Assembly: GCA_964194675.1 (NCBI GenBank)
Contig: CAXMND010000179.1
Location: 192 to 64,191, forward strand
Reading direction: 5' to 3'
Source: an uncultured Coxiellaceae bacterium
GTDB lineage: Bacteria; Myxococcota_A; Polyangia; Polyangiales; Houyiibacteriaceae
DNA: 64,000 bases
Shown here: one piece after another, positions 28,579 to 36,583 of the stretch
Layout of the letters: every line of letters starts with the position of its first letter
How positions within the stretch are numbered: position 1 is the first letter of the stretch
Translations under genes and position numbers: made by a program
Notes under the pieces: model-generated
The model's database searches: none
Told to the model about the DNA's origin: nothing
What the model saw: only the letters and a program-made list of their open reading frames with translations

Positions 28579-29118
28579 GTGGCTCGAACCCAGAAGGTCG
28601 TCCTCGATACGGACGCTATCCGACGTAGCGTCCGACGCATGGCAGTAGCGATTCTGGAAGCGACCTCTGGCCACGAAGACCTCACGCTCGTGGGCATTCG
28701 TCGGGGTGGCGTCGGCCTTGCGGCGCGAATCGCTGACGAGATCGCAAAAGCCGAAGGAACGTCGCCGCCGGTCGGTACCGTCGATATCTCCCTCTATCGA
28801 GATGACGCTGCGACCGCGCTCCCGAATCCCAAGATCGGTCCGACCGACATCCCCTTCGATGTGAACGGAAGGCACGTCGTCTTGGTCGATGATGTTCTGC
28901 AATCGGGGCGAACGGTGCGAGCCGCCATCGAGTGTCTTCAAGACCACGGGCGCCCGGCGCGGGTATGGCTTGCTGTGCTCTGCGACCGTGGAGGTCGTGA
29001 GCTGCCTATCGCGCCGGACTTCGTCGGCAAGACCATCGAGATGGATCGGAAGGGTCGCCTCGACGTCTGGATAGACGCCGCTGGCCCCGATCGTGTCGTT
29101 CTCACGGAGGGCGAGTGA
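28579..29118 (+). CDS. pyrR: Bifunctional pyrimidine operon regulator / uracil phosphoribosyltransferase PyrR
   Basis: The 179-aa ORF has 'LVGIRRGG' and the PRPP-binding '[13 protein letters not shown]'. The start codon is GTG, and the gene overlaps pyrB by 4 nt. Confidence 0.88.
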   Translation: MARTQKVVLDTDAIRRSVRRMAVAILEATSGHEDLTLVGIRRGGVGLAARIADEIAKAEGTSPPVGTVDISLYRDDAATALPNPKIGPTDIPFDVNGRHVVLVDDVLQSGRTVRAAIECLQDHGRPARVWLAVLCDRGGRELPIAPDFVGKTIEMDRKGRLDVWIDAAGPDRVVLTEGE

Positions 29119-30071
29119 TCAAGTCGTTCGCGCACCGTCACCTGCTCGACATCGAAGGCCTCACGCGCGCCGAGATCGAACGCATCCTCGACACCAGCGA
29201 AGCCTTTTTCGAAGTGTCTCGTAGGCCGGTTCGCAAGGTGCCGACCCTTCGCGGAAAGACCGTCATCAATCTGTTTTACGAGGCGTCGACCCGTACTCGT
29301 ACCTCGTTCGAGCTCGCCGGCAAGCGGTTGAGCGCGGATGTGATCAACATGAACGTCTCTGCGTCGAGCGTAAACAAGGGCGAGACGCTCCAAGACACGT
29401 GCCGAACACTCGAGGCCATGCACCCCGACATCGTCGTCATGCGTCACGGGACGTCGGGCGCTCCAAACTACGTCGCCTCGAGAATCGACTGTAGCATCAT
29501 CAATGCGGGCGACGGAATGCATGCCCATCCAACGCAGGCGCTGCTCGACGCGTTCACCATTCGCAGACAGAAGGGCACCCTCGAGAATCTTGTCGTCACG
29601 ATCTGCGGCGACATTGCCCATTCCAGGGTGGCGCGCTCGAATGCGCACCTGTTGAGGCTCTTTGGGTGTGAGGTGCGAGTCGTCGGGCCTCGAACGCTCC
29701 TTCCAGTGGCAGTCGATTCGATCGGCGTGCGGGTCTATGACCGACTCGACGAGGCTCTCGATGGCGCGGACGTGGTGATGGTTCTCCGCATCCAGCGCGA
29801 GCGCCTCGAAGGGGCTCTTCTGCCGAGCCTTCGCGAGTACGCGAGGACCTTTGGCATCGGCCCGAAATCATTGGCGATCGCCAAGCCAGACGCCATCGTC
29901 ATGCATCCCGGCCCGATGAATCGCGGCGTCGAGATCGAAAGCGTCGTCGCGGACAGTGACCGTAGCGTCGTCCTCGCACAGGTCGAAGCCGGCGTCGCTG
30001 TCCGAATGGCATTGCTATACCTCTTGGCAGGCGATGTCACCGATTCGCCGGTGATAGGTGGGGCGGATTGA
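29115..30071 (+). CDS. pyrB: Aspartate carbamoyltransferase catalytic subunit
   Basis: It contains the carbamoyl-phosphate site '[13 protein letters not shown]', plus 'HPTQALLD' and '[11 protein letters not shown]'. Confidence 0.93.
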   Translation: MIKSFAHRHLLDIEGLTRAEIERILDTSEAFFEVSRRPVRKVPTLRGKTVINLFYEASTRTRTSFELAGKRLSADVINMNVSASSVNKGETLQDTCRTLEAMHPDIVVMRHGTSGAPNYVASRIDCSIINAGDGMHAHPTQALLDAFTIRRQKGTLENLVVTICGDIAHSRVARSNAHLLRLFGCEVRVVGPRTLLPVAVDSIGVRVYDRLDEALDGADVVMVLRIQRERLEGALLPSLREYARTFGIGPKSLAIAKPDAIVMHPGPMNRGVEIESVVADSDRSVVLAQVEAGVAVRMALLYLLAGDVTDSPVIGGAD

Positions 30072-31243
30072 CGGCGGTTCAGACAGGGCTCGACCGTATT
30101 GCGAGCGATGATTCCGTTGCGGTTCGCTGGGTCCGCGGTCGCAAGGTGGGGCTTTTGGCGCACGCCGCGAGCGTCGACCGAGAGCTTCGAGGCGTGGCCG
30201 CAGTCTTGGCGGAGGCGGGCGCCCAGATCTCAGCGCTCTTTGGCCCTGAGCACGGCTTCACCGGCGCAGCCCAAGACATGATCGGTGTCGGCAGCGCGGG
30301 CCTCGCCCACCTTCCGATCTACTCGCTCTATGGAGACAAACCCGAGGATCTCAGCCCGAAGCCCGAGTGGCTCGACCGCCTCGACATCATCGTGATCGAT
30401 CTTCAGGACGTCGGCTCTCGCTACTACACCTACGTGTGGACTGCGGCCCTGATGCTCAAGGCTGCGGCATCCGCCGGAGTCGAGGTCCTAGTGCTGGATC
30501 GGCCGAACCCGCTCGGGGGTGTCCGCGTCGAGGGCGCCCCGCAGCGAGACGGCTATCTTTCATTCGTCGGGCTGTATCCCATCGCCGTCCGGCATGGCCT
30601 CACGATTGCCGAGCTGCTGTCGTGGGTGCGCAACCGCGAGCACATCGCGCGTGACGCGTTGCATGTGGTTCCGATGCGAGGCTGGCAGCGTTCGATGACG
30701 TGGGATCAAACCGGTCTTCCGTGGGTAATGCCATCGCCCAACATGCCGACTTCGGATACTACCATCGTCTATCCCGGCGGCTGCCTGGTCGAAGGCACGA
30801 CGCTGTCTGAAGGCCGAGGGACGACACGCCCGTTCGAGATCTGGGGCGGGCCCGATCTGGACGTTGCCGCGCTGCTGGCGTTAGACCTCCACGGCGCCAC
30901 GCTTCGGCCGATCGAGTTCACGCCGACTTTCCAGAAGCACGCCGGAGAGGCGTGTCGAGGGGTGCAGGTGCACGTGACCGACTCTTGGGTGTTTCGCCCC
31001 TACGAAGCGTACCAGCGTATGTTGGCGGCGGTGCTCCAGTCGGTGCCCACCGAAGAGCGATGGCGAACCGAGGCCTACGAGTTCGTTTCGGACCGGCCTG
31101 CGATTGATCTTCTCACTGGCGGCCCGGAGTTCCGCGCCGCGGTCGATCAGGGTGCCTCGCTCGATGACGGGTTCGCGTTCGAGGCGCGGGGCGCGGCGCA
31201 ATTCGACGACGAGCGGCGGGCCTCGTGGCTCTATGAAAAGTGA
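30068..31243 (+). CDS. DUF1343 family protein (NamZ-like exo-beta-N-acetylmuramidase family)
   Basis: The sequences 'VQTGLDRI...[14 protein letters not shown]...LFGPEHGF...[18 protein letters not shown]' match my recollection of the DUF1343 consensus. The TTG start overlaps the pyrB stop (TTGA). Confidence 0.75.
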   Translation: MTAVQTGLDRIASDDSVAVRWVRGRKVGLLAHAASVDRELRGVAAVLAEAGAQISALFGPEHGFTGAAQDMIGVGSAGLAHLPIYSLYGDKPEDLSPKPEWLDRLDIIVIDLQDVGSRYYTYVWTAALMLKAAASAGVEVLVLDRPNPLGGVRVEGAPQRDGYLSFVGLYPIAVRHGLTIAELLSWVRNREHIARDALHVVPMRGWQRSMTWDQTGLPWVMPSPNMPTSDTTIVYPGGCLVEGTTLSEGRGTTRPFEIWGGPDLDVAALLALDLHGATLRPIEFTPTFQKHAGEACRGVQVHVTDSWVFRPYEAYQRMLAAVLQSVPTEERWRTEAYEFVSDRPAIDLLTGGPEFRAAVDQGASLDDGFAFEARGAAQFDDERRASWLYEK

Positions 31244-32184
31244 CGGTATCCAGTTTGGCCGAACTCGATGGGCTGACCCTCACTATCGAGGACTCGGACT
31301 TCACTGCCTTCGATGATAGTGCCGATCGGGGTGGCCGGGATCTGGACTTCGGCGTCGGGGGGTGCCGTGAACAAGAGCTCGTAGTCTTCTCCCCCGGTCA
31401 GAGCGAGCTCGAATGGATCGAAACCGAGCGCAGCACAGTTCTCACGATGTCCTCGGGCCATGGGAATGTCGCTCGCCTCAATCACGGCCCCAACGCTCGA
31501 AGCAGCGCACACGTGTTGCAGGTCCTGCAGGCAACCGTCCGAGATATCGACCGCAGCGGTGGCGCTCTGCGCTAGCTCCCGCACGATCTGACCGTGGACC
31601 GGCGGGCGACGCCACCGTGAGACGAAGCTCTCCGCGTGTTCGAGGTCCGATGCTCCGGCTTCTAGAATCGCCAACCCGAGCGCTGCCGCGCCGAGCTCAC
31701 CGGTAACGTAGATTCGATCGCCGGGCCGCGCGCCGTCCCGTGTGACCGCTTCCTCTGCTGGCAAGCCGAACACGGTGGTCGTGATCGAAAGCGAACGCCC
31801 TTGGCTGAGATTCCCTCCAATGATCCTGGCGCCTGTGAGCTCGGAGGCCTCGGCGATCCCCTCGATGAGCTCCCGAAAGTCCGGGTCGGTGAAAGCGTCC
31901 GGAAACGTCAAGGCGACCAGCGCTCCGCTCGGGGTCGATGCCATAGCCCACACGTCGCTTGCCGCTGCGATCACGGCGCGCCTTCCAAGCTCGCGACAGG
32001 AGATCAGCTCACGACGAAAGTGGACGTCCTCGACGTGGGTATCGACGGTAACGATGGTCGGTCGGCTTCCGAAATCAATGACTGCGGCATCGTCACCGAT
32101 TCCGACGATCACCTCCCGAGAGGGGACAGTCCCCTTTTCGAAGCGCTTTTTTAGCCACTCGATCTTGGTGAACTCGTCATGCAT
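31231..32184 (-). CDS. thiL: Thiamine-monophosphate kinase
   Basis: It contains 'GIGDDAAVIDF...TVDTHVEDVHF' and the AIR-synthase-related fold motifs. Its ATG overlaps the upstream kinase stop by 8 nt (ATGCATGA). Confidence 0.85.
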   Translation of the reverse strand: MHDEFTKIEWLKKRFEKGTVPSREVIVGIGDDAAVIDFGSRPTIVTVDTHVEDVHFRRELISCRELGRRAVIAAASDVWAMASTPSGALVALTFPDAFTDPDFRELIEGIAEASELTGARIIGGNLSQGRSLSITTTVFGLPAEEAVTRDGARPGDRIYVTGELGAAALGLAILEAGASDLEHAESFVSRWRRPPVHGQIVRELAQSATAAVDISDGCLQDLQHVCAASSVGAVIEASDIPMARGHRENCAALGFDPFELALTGGEDYELLFTAPPDAEVQIPATPIGTIIEGSEVRVLDSEGQPIEFGQTGYRHFS

Positions 32185-33583
32185 CGTCGTCGACAGCTGG
32201 AAGCTTGATGACGAATACTGTGCCCTCGTCCACCTCGCTGGTCACTTCGATTTTTCCGTCGTGCCCGTCGACCAGTTGCTTGACGATTGAAAGCCCAAGA
32301 CCTGCGCCACCATGCTCGCGTGCGGTGCCTCCGTCGATCTGATAAAAAGCGTCGAAAATCCGAGCAACTTTGTCTTTCGGAATACCCCGTCCCGTGTCCC
32401 GAACCGTGAGCACGACCGCGGGCTGGCTGCTGCTAAAGAGCTCGGCGCCGAGTCCGCCGGCACCCCCCGAATCGAGTGTTCCACCCTCCGCCGAAAGCTC
32501 GACCTCGCCGCCCTCGGGTGTGAACTTCACTGCGTTCTCCGCGAGGTTCAGTACGATCTGTCGAAGGCGTATCGGGTCGCCATGGAGCTTGGGTGTGTCC
32601 TCGGCGACATTGATCTCGAGCCTGATGTTGCCACGATTCGCGGCGGGCACGATGGTCGAGCCCACGTCAGAGAGCACAGCCCTCGCGTCGACCGCCTCCT
32701 TGTTGAGCTTCAGCGTGTCCGCCTCCAGCTGACCGAGGTCGAGCAGGCTGCTGATCAAGCCCAACAACTGGTCGGCCCTGCCGCGTATCGTTCGAAGAAA
32801 CTCGGACTGGCCGTCGCTGAGCGCGCCCGCTGTTCCACTCTCGAGCATTTCAGTGTAGCCAATGATCGATGTGAGGGGAGTCCGGAGCTCGTGGCTGACG
32901 GTCGCCAGGAAGCTCGACTTGAGCTTGTCGAGCTCCTTGAGCTCGTCGAAGGAAGCCTTGAGACGTTCGTTCTTTTCGGTGAGCTCTCGGTAGTTTTCTC
33001 GCACGTTGGCTACTTGCATCGTCGATGCGAGCTGGGCGCGATGTCCGGAGAACACCAAGAGCTCGAGCACCCCTTGGAAGTGCGTTGAAAGCTTCTCGGC
33101 AATGTCGTCGCGAACCCGCGGCATCCTGGCGAAGTGCGCGAATGCAGTCTTGACATCGAGCGCTGGATCGACCGACGACAAGGACGACGGGGCATCCTTG
33201 GTCTCGGCCGGGACGTAGGGCCCCATGATGAACCGCCCGATCGTGCGACCTTGGTAGGAGAGGGGGGCTACGCGGTACACGGCACCGGTGAAACACGGGT
33301 GGATGACCGCGTTCCCGTTGGGCTCCAGATCACGGACCGCTCCCACTGTGGCCGCACACGCTTTTTCTCCGCTGCCCAGAGTATTGACGTACCGACAAAG
33401 CGGCCGGTCTTGATGCGCGTCGGCGAGCAAATCACCCTCATGCGAGATGACGCGCACCGGCAGCCCAAACAACGCAAAGAAGGATTTGCATACGGTCGTG
33501 ACGGCCTCTCTGCTCAGTACGTCTTCGAGTCGGACGACGTCTCCCATGAGAAGGTCCGCGGCGTTGGTGTCATCGTGCATCAT
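32177..33583 (-). CDS. Soluble sensor histidine kinase with an N-terminal PocR-like sensory domain
   Basis: It has no TM segment. The N-terminal ~150 aa ('FALFGLPVRVISHEGDLL...CRYV...CAATV...HPCFTGAVYRVAPL') is PocR-like. The HisKA H-box is 'VSHELRTPLTSIIGYTEML', and the HATPase_c N, G1 and G2 boxes are 'NLAENAVKFT', 'VRDTGRGI' and 'GGAGLGLSIV'. Confidence 0.85.
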   Translation of the reverse strand: MMHDDTNAADLLMGDVVRLEDVLSREAVTTVCKSFFALFGLPVRVISHEGDLLADAHQDRPLCRYVNTLGSGEKACAATVGAVRDLEPNGNAVIHPCFTGAVYRVAPLSYQGRTIGRFIMGPYVPAETKDAPSSLSSVDPALDVKTAFAHFARMPRVRDDIAEKLSTHFQGVLELLVFSGHRAQLASTMQVANVRENYRELTEKNERLKASFDELKELDKLKSSFLATVSHELRTPLTSIIGYTEMLESGTAGALSDGQSEFLRTIRGRADQLLGLISSLLDLGQLEADTLKLNKEAVDARAVLSDVGSTIVPAANRGNIRLEINVAEDTPKLHGDPIRLRQIVLNLAENAVKFTPEGGEVELSAEGGTLDSGGAGGLGAELFSSSQPAVVLTVRDTGRGIPKDKVARIFDAFYQIDGGTAREHGGAGLGLSIVKQLVDGHDGKIEVTSEVDEGTVFVIKLPAVDDDA

Positions 33584-34254
33584 CGCTCGCGTCGCCTCGC
33601 GTCGTGTTTGAGCTTGGATTCTACCTCGGTCATGAGGCTCGCCGGATCAATTCCAAATTTCTCCTCGAGCCCGTGCTCTTTCTCGAGGTTGTCCCAGGTC
33701 TTGCGAGCCAGCCCTAAGAGCGTCTGAACGACTCCGTAGCCTCGGGTGGCAACCGCTTTGTAAATCGTCGCCTGGCTTCGTGCGGCTATCGCCTCCAACT
33801 CCTCGTCGGTTCGGATCCCTTCGAGGTCCCGCTTGTTGAACTGAATGATGATCGGAATACGTTCCGGATCGATCCCGATCTCGGCGAGGTTTTGTTTGAG
33901 ATTGGCAAACGATTCACGGTTTGCCTCGTCCTCGCTCCGTTGCGAGTCGGCAACGAAGGCGACCCCATCGGCGGCCTGGAGGACGAGCCGGCGCGTTGCA
34001 TTGTGCATGACCTGCCCCGGAACCGTGAAGAGCTTCAAGCGCACCTTGAGCCCACTTTCCGAGCTGACCGTGATGGGTAGCATGTCGAAGAACAGTGTTC
34101 GATCGTTCTGGGTCTCGAGCGTCATGAGCTCTCCACAGGTATCCGATGTGGCGAGCCAGTGGATCGCGCGAAGATTAGTGGTCTTCCCGCTGAGCGCCGG
34201 CCCGTAGTACACGAGTTTCACAGTCAGCTCCTTCGCCGCGAAATCTACTTGCAT
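33580..34254 (-). CDS. MglA-family small Ras-like GTPase (paralogue with a ~35-aa C-terminal extension)
   Basis: It contains 'KLVYYGPALSGKTTNL' (P-loop), 'DRTLFFD', 'FTVPGQV' (the MglA-type G3, in which TVPGQ replaces DxxGQ) and 'QFNKRDL' (G4). It aligns closely by eye with Myxococcus MglA. The stop overlaps the kinase ATG (ATGA). Confidence 0.85.
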   Translation of the reverse strand: MQVDFAAKELTVKLVYYGPALSGKTTNLRAIHWLATSDTCGELMTLETQNDRTLFFDMLPITVSSESGLKVRLKLFTVPGQVMHNATRRLVLQAADGVAFVADSQRSEDEANRESFANLKQNLAEIGIDPERIPIIIQFNKRDLEGIRTDEELEAIAARSQATIYKAVATRGYGVVQTLLGLARKTWDNLEKEHGLEEKFGIDPASLMTEVESKLKHDARRRER

Positions 34255-34285
34255 GCCGTGTCAGGCACCGGCTCCGAGCGCGAGC

Positions 34286-34630
34286 TTACCCCCGCATCAT
34301 CAGCCACGTGCCCGTCCCCATTAGGCCTAACATGATAGCGAACGCGACCCATTGTAGCGTTCTTTTGTGCTCCGATGTTGCGGGCGTTGTCCTAGTGTCC
34401 TGTAGCCGCTGGGAGGCGAGCGCGATCAATCTTTCGATTTGTCTGGCTGCTTCGTCACGGCGCGACGCGTCGCTTTCGCGGACTTCCCGGTACCGTTTGC
34501 CCGCCTCGGGCAGACGATCGAGCGCGACACACGTGCCGACGAATCGCCGGTGTGCTTCCGCGTCCCCCCAGTCGCCTTCGACGCGCGCCCAGGCTTCGTC
34601 GATCGGATCCACCGATCGCCAGGATAGCAT
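34286..34630 (-). CDS. Small tail-anchored protein (helical soluble domain plus a C-terminal TM helix), unknown function
   Basis: This is a 114-aa product from the ATG at 34630 ('MLSWRSVDPIDEAWARV...'). A longer start at 34687 is possible. It has a single C-terminal hydrophobic helix, 'WVAFAIMLGLMGTGTWLMM', and lies 31 nt upstream of the GTPase gene. Confidence 0.5.
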   Translation of the reverse strand: MLSWRSVDPIDEAWARVEGDWGDAEAHRRFVGTCVALDRLPEAGKRYREVRESDASRRDEAARQIERLIALASQRLQDTRTTPATSEHKRTLQWVAFAIMLGLMGTGTWLMMRG

Positions 34631-34834
34631 GCGCGTCACCAGACAATCTAGGCATGAAAATAGCCAAAACATGCCAATTATGCCCAAGTTTGAAGGATTG
34701 GGAAGAGACGATGAGGGCAGGGGCGTTAATCAAGAAGAGGCCTCGGTTTTCCACCACTGACTCACCCTCCCGTTAGATACCTACATCATTCAAAAAAACG
34801 TATTGGATTCCATCACTTGGACAGTAGAAAGAAG

Positions 34835-34899
34835 TTGACATGGGTGGGGCTCCACCCTTAGTTTCCGGGTTTGGTGGGAACGAGTGGGATTAAGTGCCA
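34835..34899 (+). promoter_or_regulatory. Candidate Pmra promoter with an MraZ-type operator repeat array
   Basis: A TTGACA -35 box (34835-34840) is followed by an 18-nt spacer and a TAGTTT -10 box (34859-34864). Direct repeats GTGGGG (34844), GTGGGA (34874), GTGGGA (34884) and GTGCCA (34894) lie on a 10-bp register. All of this sits in the AT-rich gap just upstream of mraZ. Confidence 0.55.
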
Positions 34900-34941
34900 A
34901 TCCGACTCAAGCCAGCCACCAACTAGGGACGCGAGGAAAGG

Positions 34942-35394
34942 TTGTTCCGAGGACGCCACGAGCACAGCATCGATGCCAAGGGCCGCACGTCGGTTCCGTC
35001 TCGCTTCCGCGAGGTGATGACGGCGCAAGGTGACTCGAGGCTGGTGTTGACCACAGGCTTGGATACCTGCCTCGTGGCCTACCCGATGGCCGAGTGGATC
35101 GCCTTCGAAGGCCGCCTCGCGGAGCTACCCCAGTTCGACCCCGACGTGGTTACCCTGAAGCGTATCTATGTGTCTGGGGCGGTCGAGTGCGAGGTCGACA
35201 AAGTAGGCCGACTCCTGATCCCGGCGCCCTTGCGAAAGCACGCTCGGCTCAAGCGGGATGCGCTCTGGGCCGGGATGGGTCGTTACATCGAGCTCTGGTC
35301 GAAAGAGACCTTCGAGGGCCTCCGTAAGGACGTCCTTGCCGATGATGATCGTCGTTCGGCGATCTCCAAGCGGTTGGCGGAGCTCGGGTTGTGA
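34942..35394 (+). CDS. mraZ: Transcriptional regulator MraZ
   Basis: The sequence 'MFRGRHEHSIDAKGRTSVPSRFR' is the canonical MraZ N-terminus, and a second SpoVT/AbrB-like repeat ('DKVGRLLIPAPLR') is present. The TTG start is preceded by a GAGGAAAGG Shine-Dalgarno sequence. Confidence 0.9.
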   Translation: MFRGRHEHSIDAKGRTSVPSRFREVMTAQGDSRLVLTTGLDTCLVAYPMAEWIAFEGRLAELPQFDPDVVTLKRIYVSGAVECEVDKVGRLLIPAPLRKHARLKRDALWAGMGRYIELWSKETFEGLRKDVLADDDRRSAISKRLAELGL

Positions 35395-36281
35395 CGCCCT
35401 TCGACCACACGCCGGTACTAGTTGCAGAAGTGCTCGAATGTCTCTGCCCGGTCTCGGGGGGCGTGTATGCGGACGTGACTCTCGGCGGCGGGGGGCATGC
35501 TCTGGCCATCCTCGAACGGAGCGCACCGGAAGGTCGGCTTGTGGGCACCGATCGCGATCCCAACGCCCTCGAGGCGGCCGGCGAAGTCCTTCGTGATTAC
35601 GGCGACCGGGTCACACTGCGCAAGGCTCGCATTCGTGATCTTTCCGACGTCCTGAGTTCGTTGGGGATCGACCAAGTCGACGGACTCGTAGCCGATCTCG
35701 GGGTCAGCTCGGCGCAGCTCGACCAACCGATTCGGGGCTTCTCTCTCGCGAAAGACGGACCGATCGACATGCGCATGGACCCGACCGAAGGCGAAACTGC
35801 CCTCGAGCTGATCGGGAGAACCGACGCAGAAGAGCTTGCGAACGTGATCTATCGATACGGAGAAGAAGGACGGTCACGCCGCATCGCACGCTCCCTTCGG
35901 CGTGCGTACGAAGAGGGTGAGCTCGAGACCACGGCCGACTTGCGCCGCGCAGTACGTCGCGCGACCGGCGCACGCCGTGGCCGCATCGACCCCGCCACGA
36001 AGACGTTTCAGGCGCTTCGCATCGCCGTCAACCAGGAGCTTTCTGAGCTTGAGTCGCTGCTCGAACAACTGCCAACGGTGCTTCGAGCGGGAGGAGTCGC
36101 CGCGGTGATCAGCTTTCACTCGCTCGAGGACCGGATGGTCAAGCATTCGTTCCGCGACAGTGAGCATCTAACGCCACTCACCAAGCGCCCTGTCATCGCC
36201 TCGGATGAGGAGCGGCAGCAGAACCCGCGGTCTCGAAGCGCCAAGCTTCGGGCGGCGCGCAGGGTGGAGGTAGCCGCATGA
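35391..36281 (+). CDS. rsmH: 16S rRNA (cytosine1402-N4)-methyltransferase
   Basis: It contains 'HTPVLVAEVLE', 'DVTLGGGGHA', 'DLGVSSAQLD' and 'SFHSLEDRMVK'. The start overlaps the mraZ stop (GTGA). Confidence 0.93.
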   Translation: MTPFDHTPVLVAEVLECLCPVSGGVYADVTLGGGGHALAILERSAPEGRLVGTDRDPNALEAAGEVLRDYGDRVTLRKARIRDLSDVLSSLGIDQVDGLVADLGVSSAQLDQPIRGFSLAKDGPIDMRMDPTEGETALELIGRTDAEELANVIYRYGEEGRSRRIARSLRRAYEEGELETTADLRRAVRRATGARRGRIDPATKTFQALRIAVNQELSELESLLEQLPTVLRAGGVAAVISFHSLEDRMVKHSFRDSEHLTPLTKRPVIASDEERQQNPRSRSAKLRAARRVEVAA

Positions 36282-36583
36282 AGCAGCGCTTTCTTCCCCT
36301 GTGGTGCGTCGCGGTCTTAGCGACCGCGGCGGCTTTCGTAGTGCATTTGGCGATTCGGTTCGAGACCGTCCGGCTTGGATACGAAGTGAGCGACGAACGT
36401 TCCCGACAACACGAGCTCCTCCAAGACCGTCGCCTGTTGTCGATCGAGGCGGCCACGCTTCGACAAAGCGGCCGGATCGAAACGATAGCGCGCGGGACAC
36501 TCGGCATGGAGGTCCCGAAGCCGACGCGGATCGTGACGATGAGCGAGAAACGACAGCCCGTGGCTTCGGGGAGGGTTCGGTGA
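36278..36583 (+). CDS. ftsL: Cell division protein FtsL
   Basis: The 101-aa ORF has a single N-terminal TM helix followed by a coiled-coil-like region. It sits in the canonical position between rsmH and ftsI, with an ATGA overlap with rsmH. Confidence 0.75.
   Translation: MKQRFLPLWCVAVLATAAAFVVHLAIRFETVRLGYEVSDERSRQHELLQDRRLLSIEAATLRQSGRIETIARGTLGMEVPKPTRIVTMSEKRQPVASGRVR

Noticed and set aside
36301-36579. Long 5' extensions of ORF-track entries (ftsI from 36301, purL to 3988, sdhC to 61244, murD from 42545, mraY from 41310 and others)
   Set aside because: The extensions overlap the preceding genes out of frame and are Arg-rich nonsense. Internal starts give canonical N-termini and the stop-start overlaps typical of this operon.
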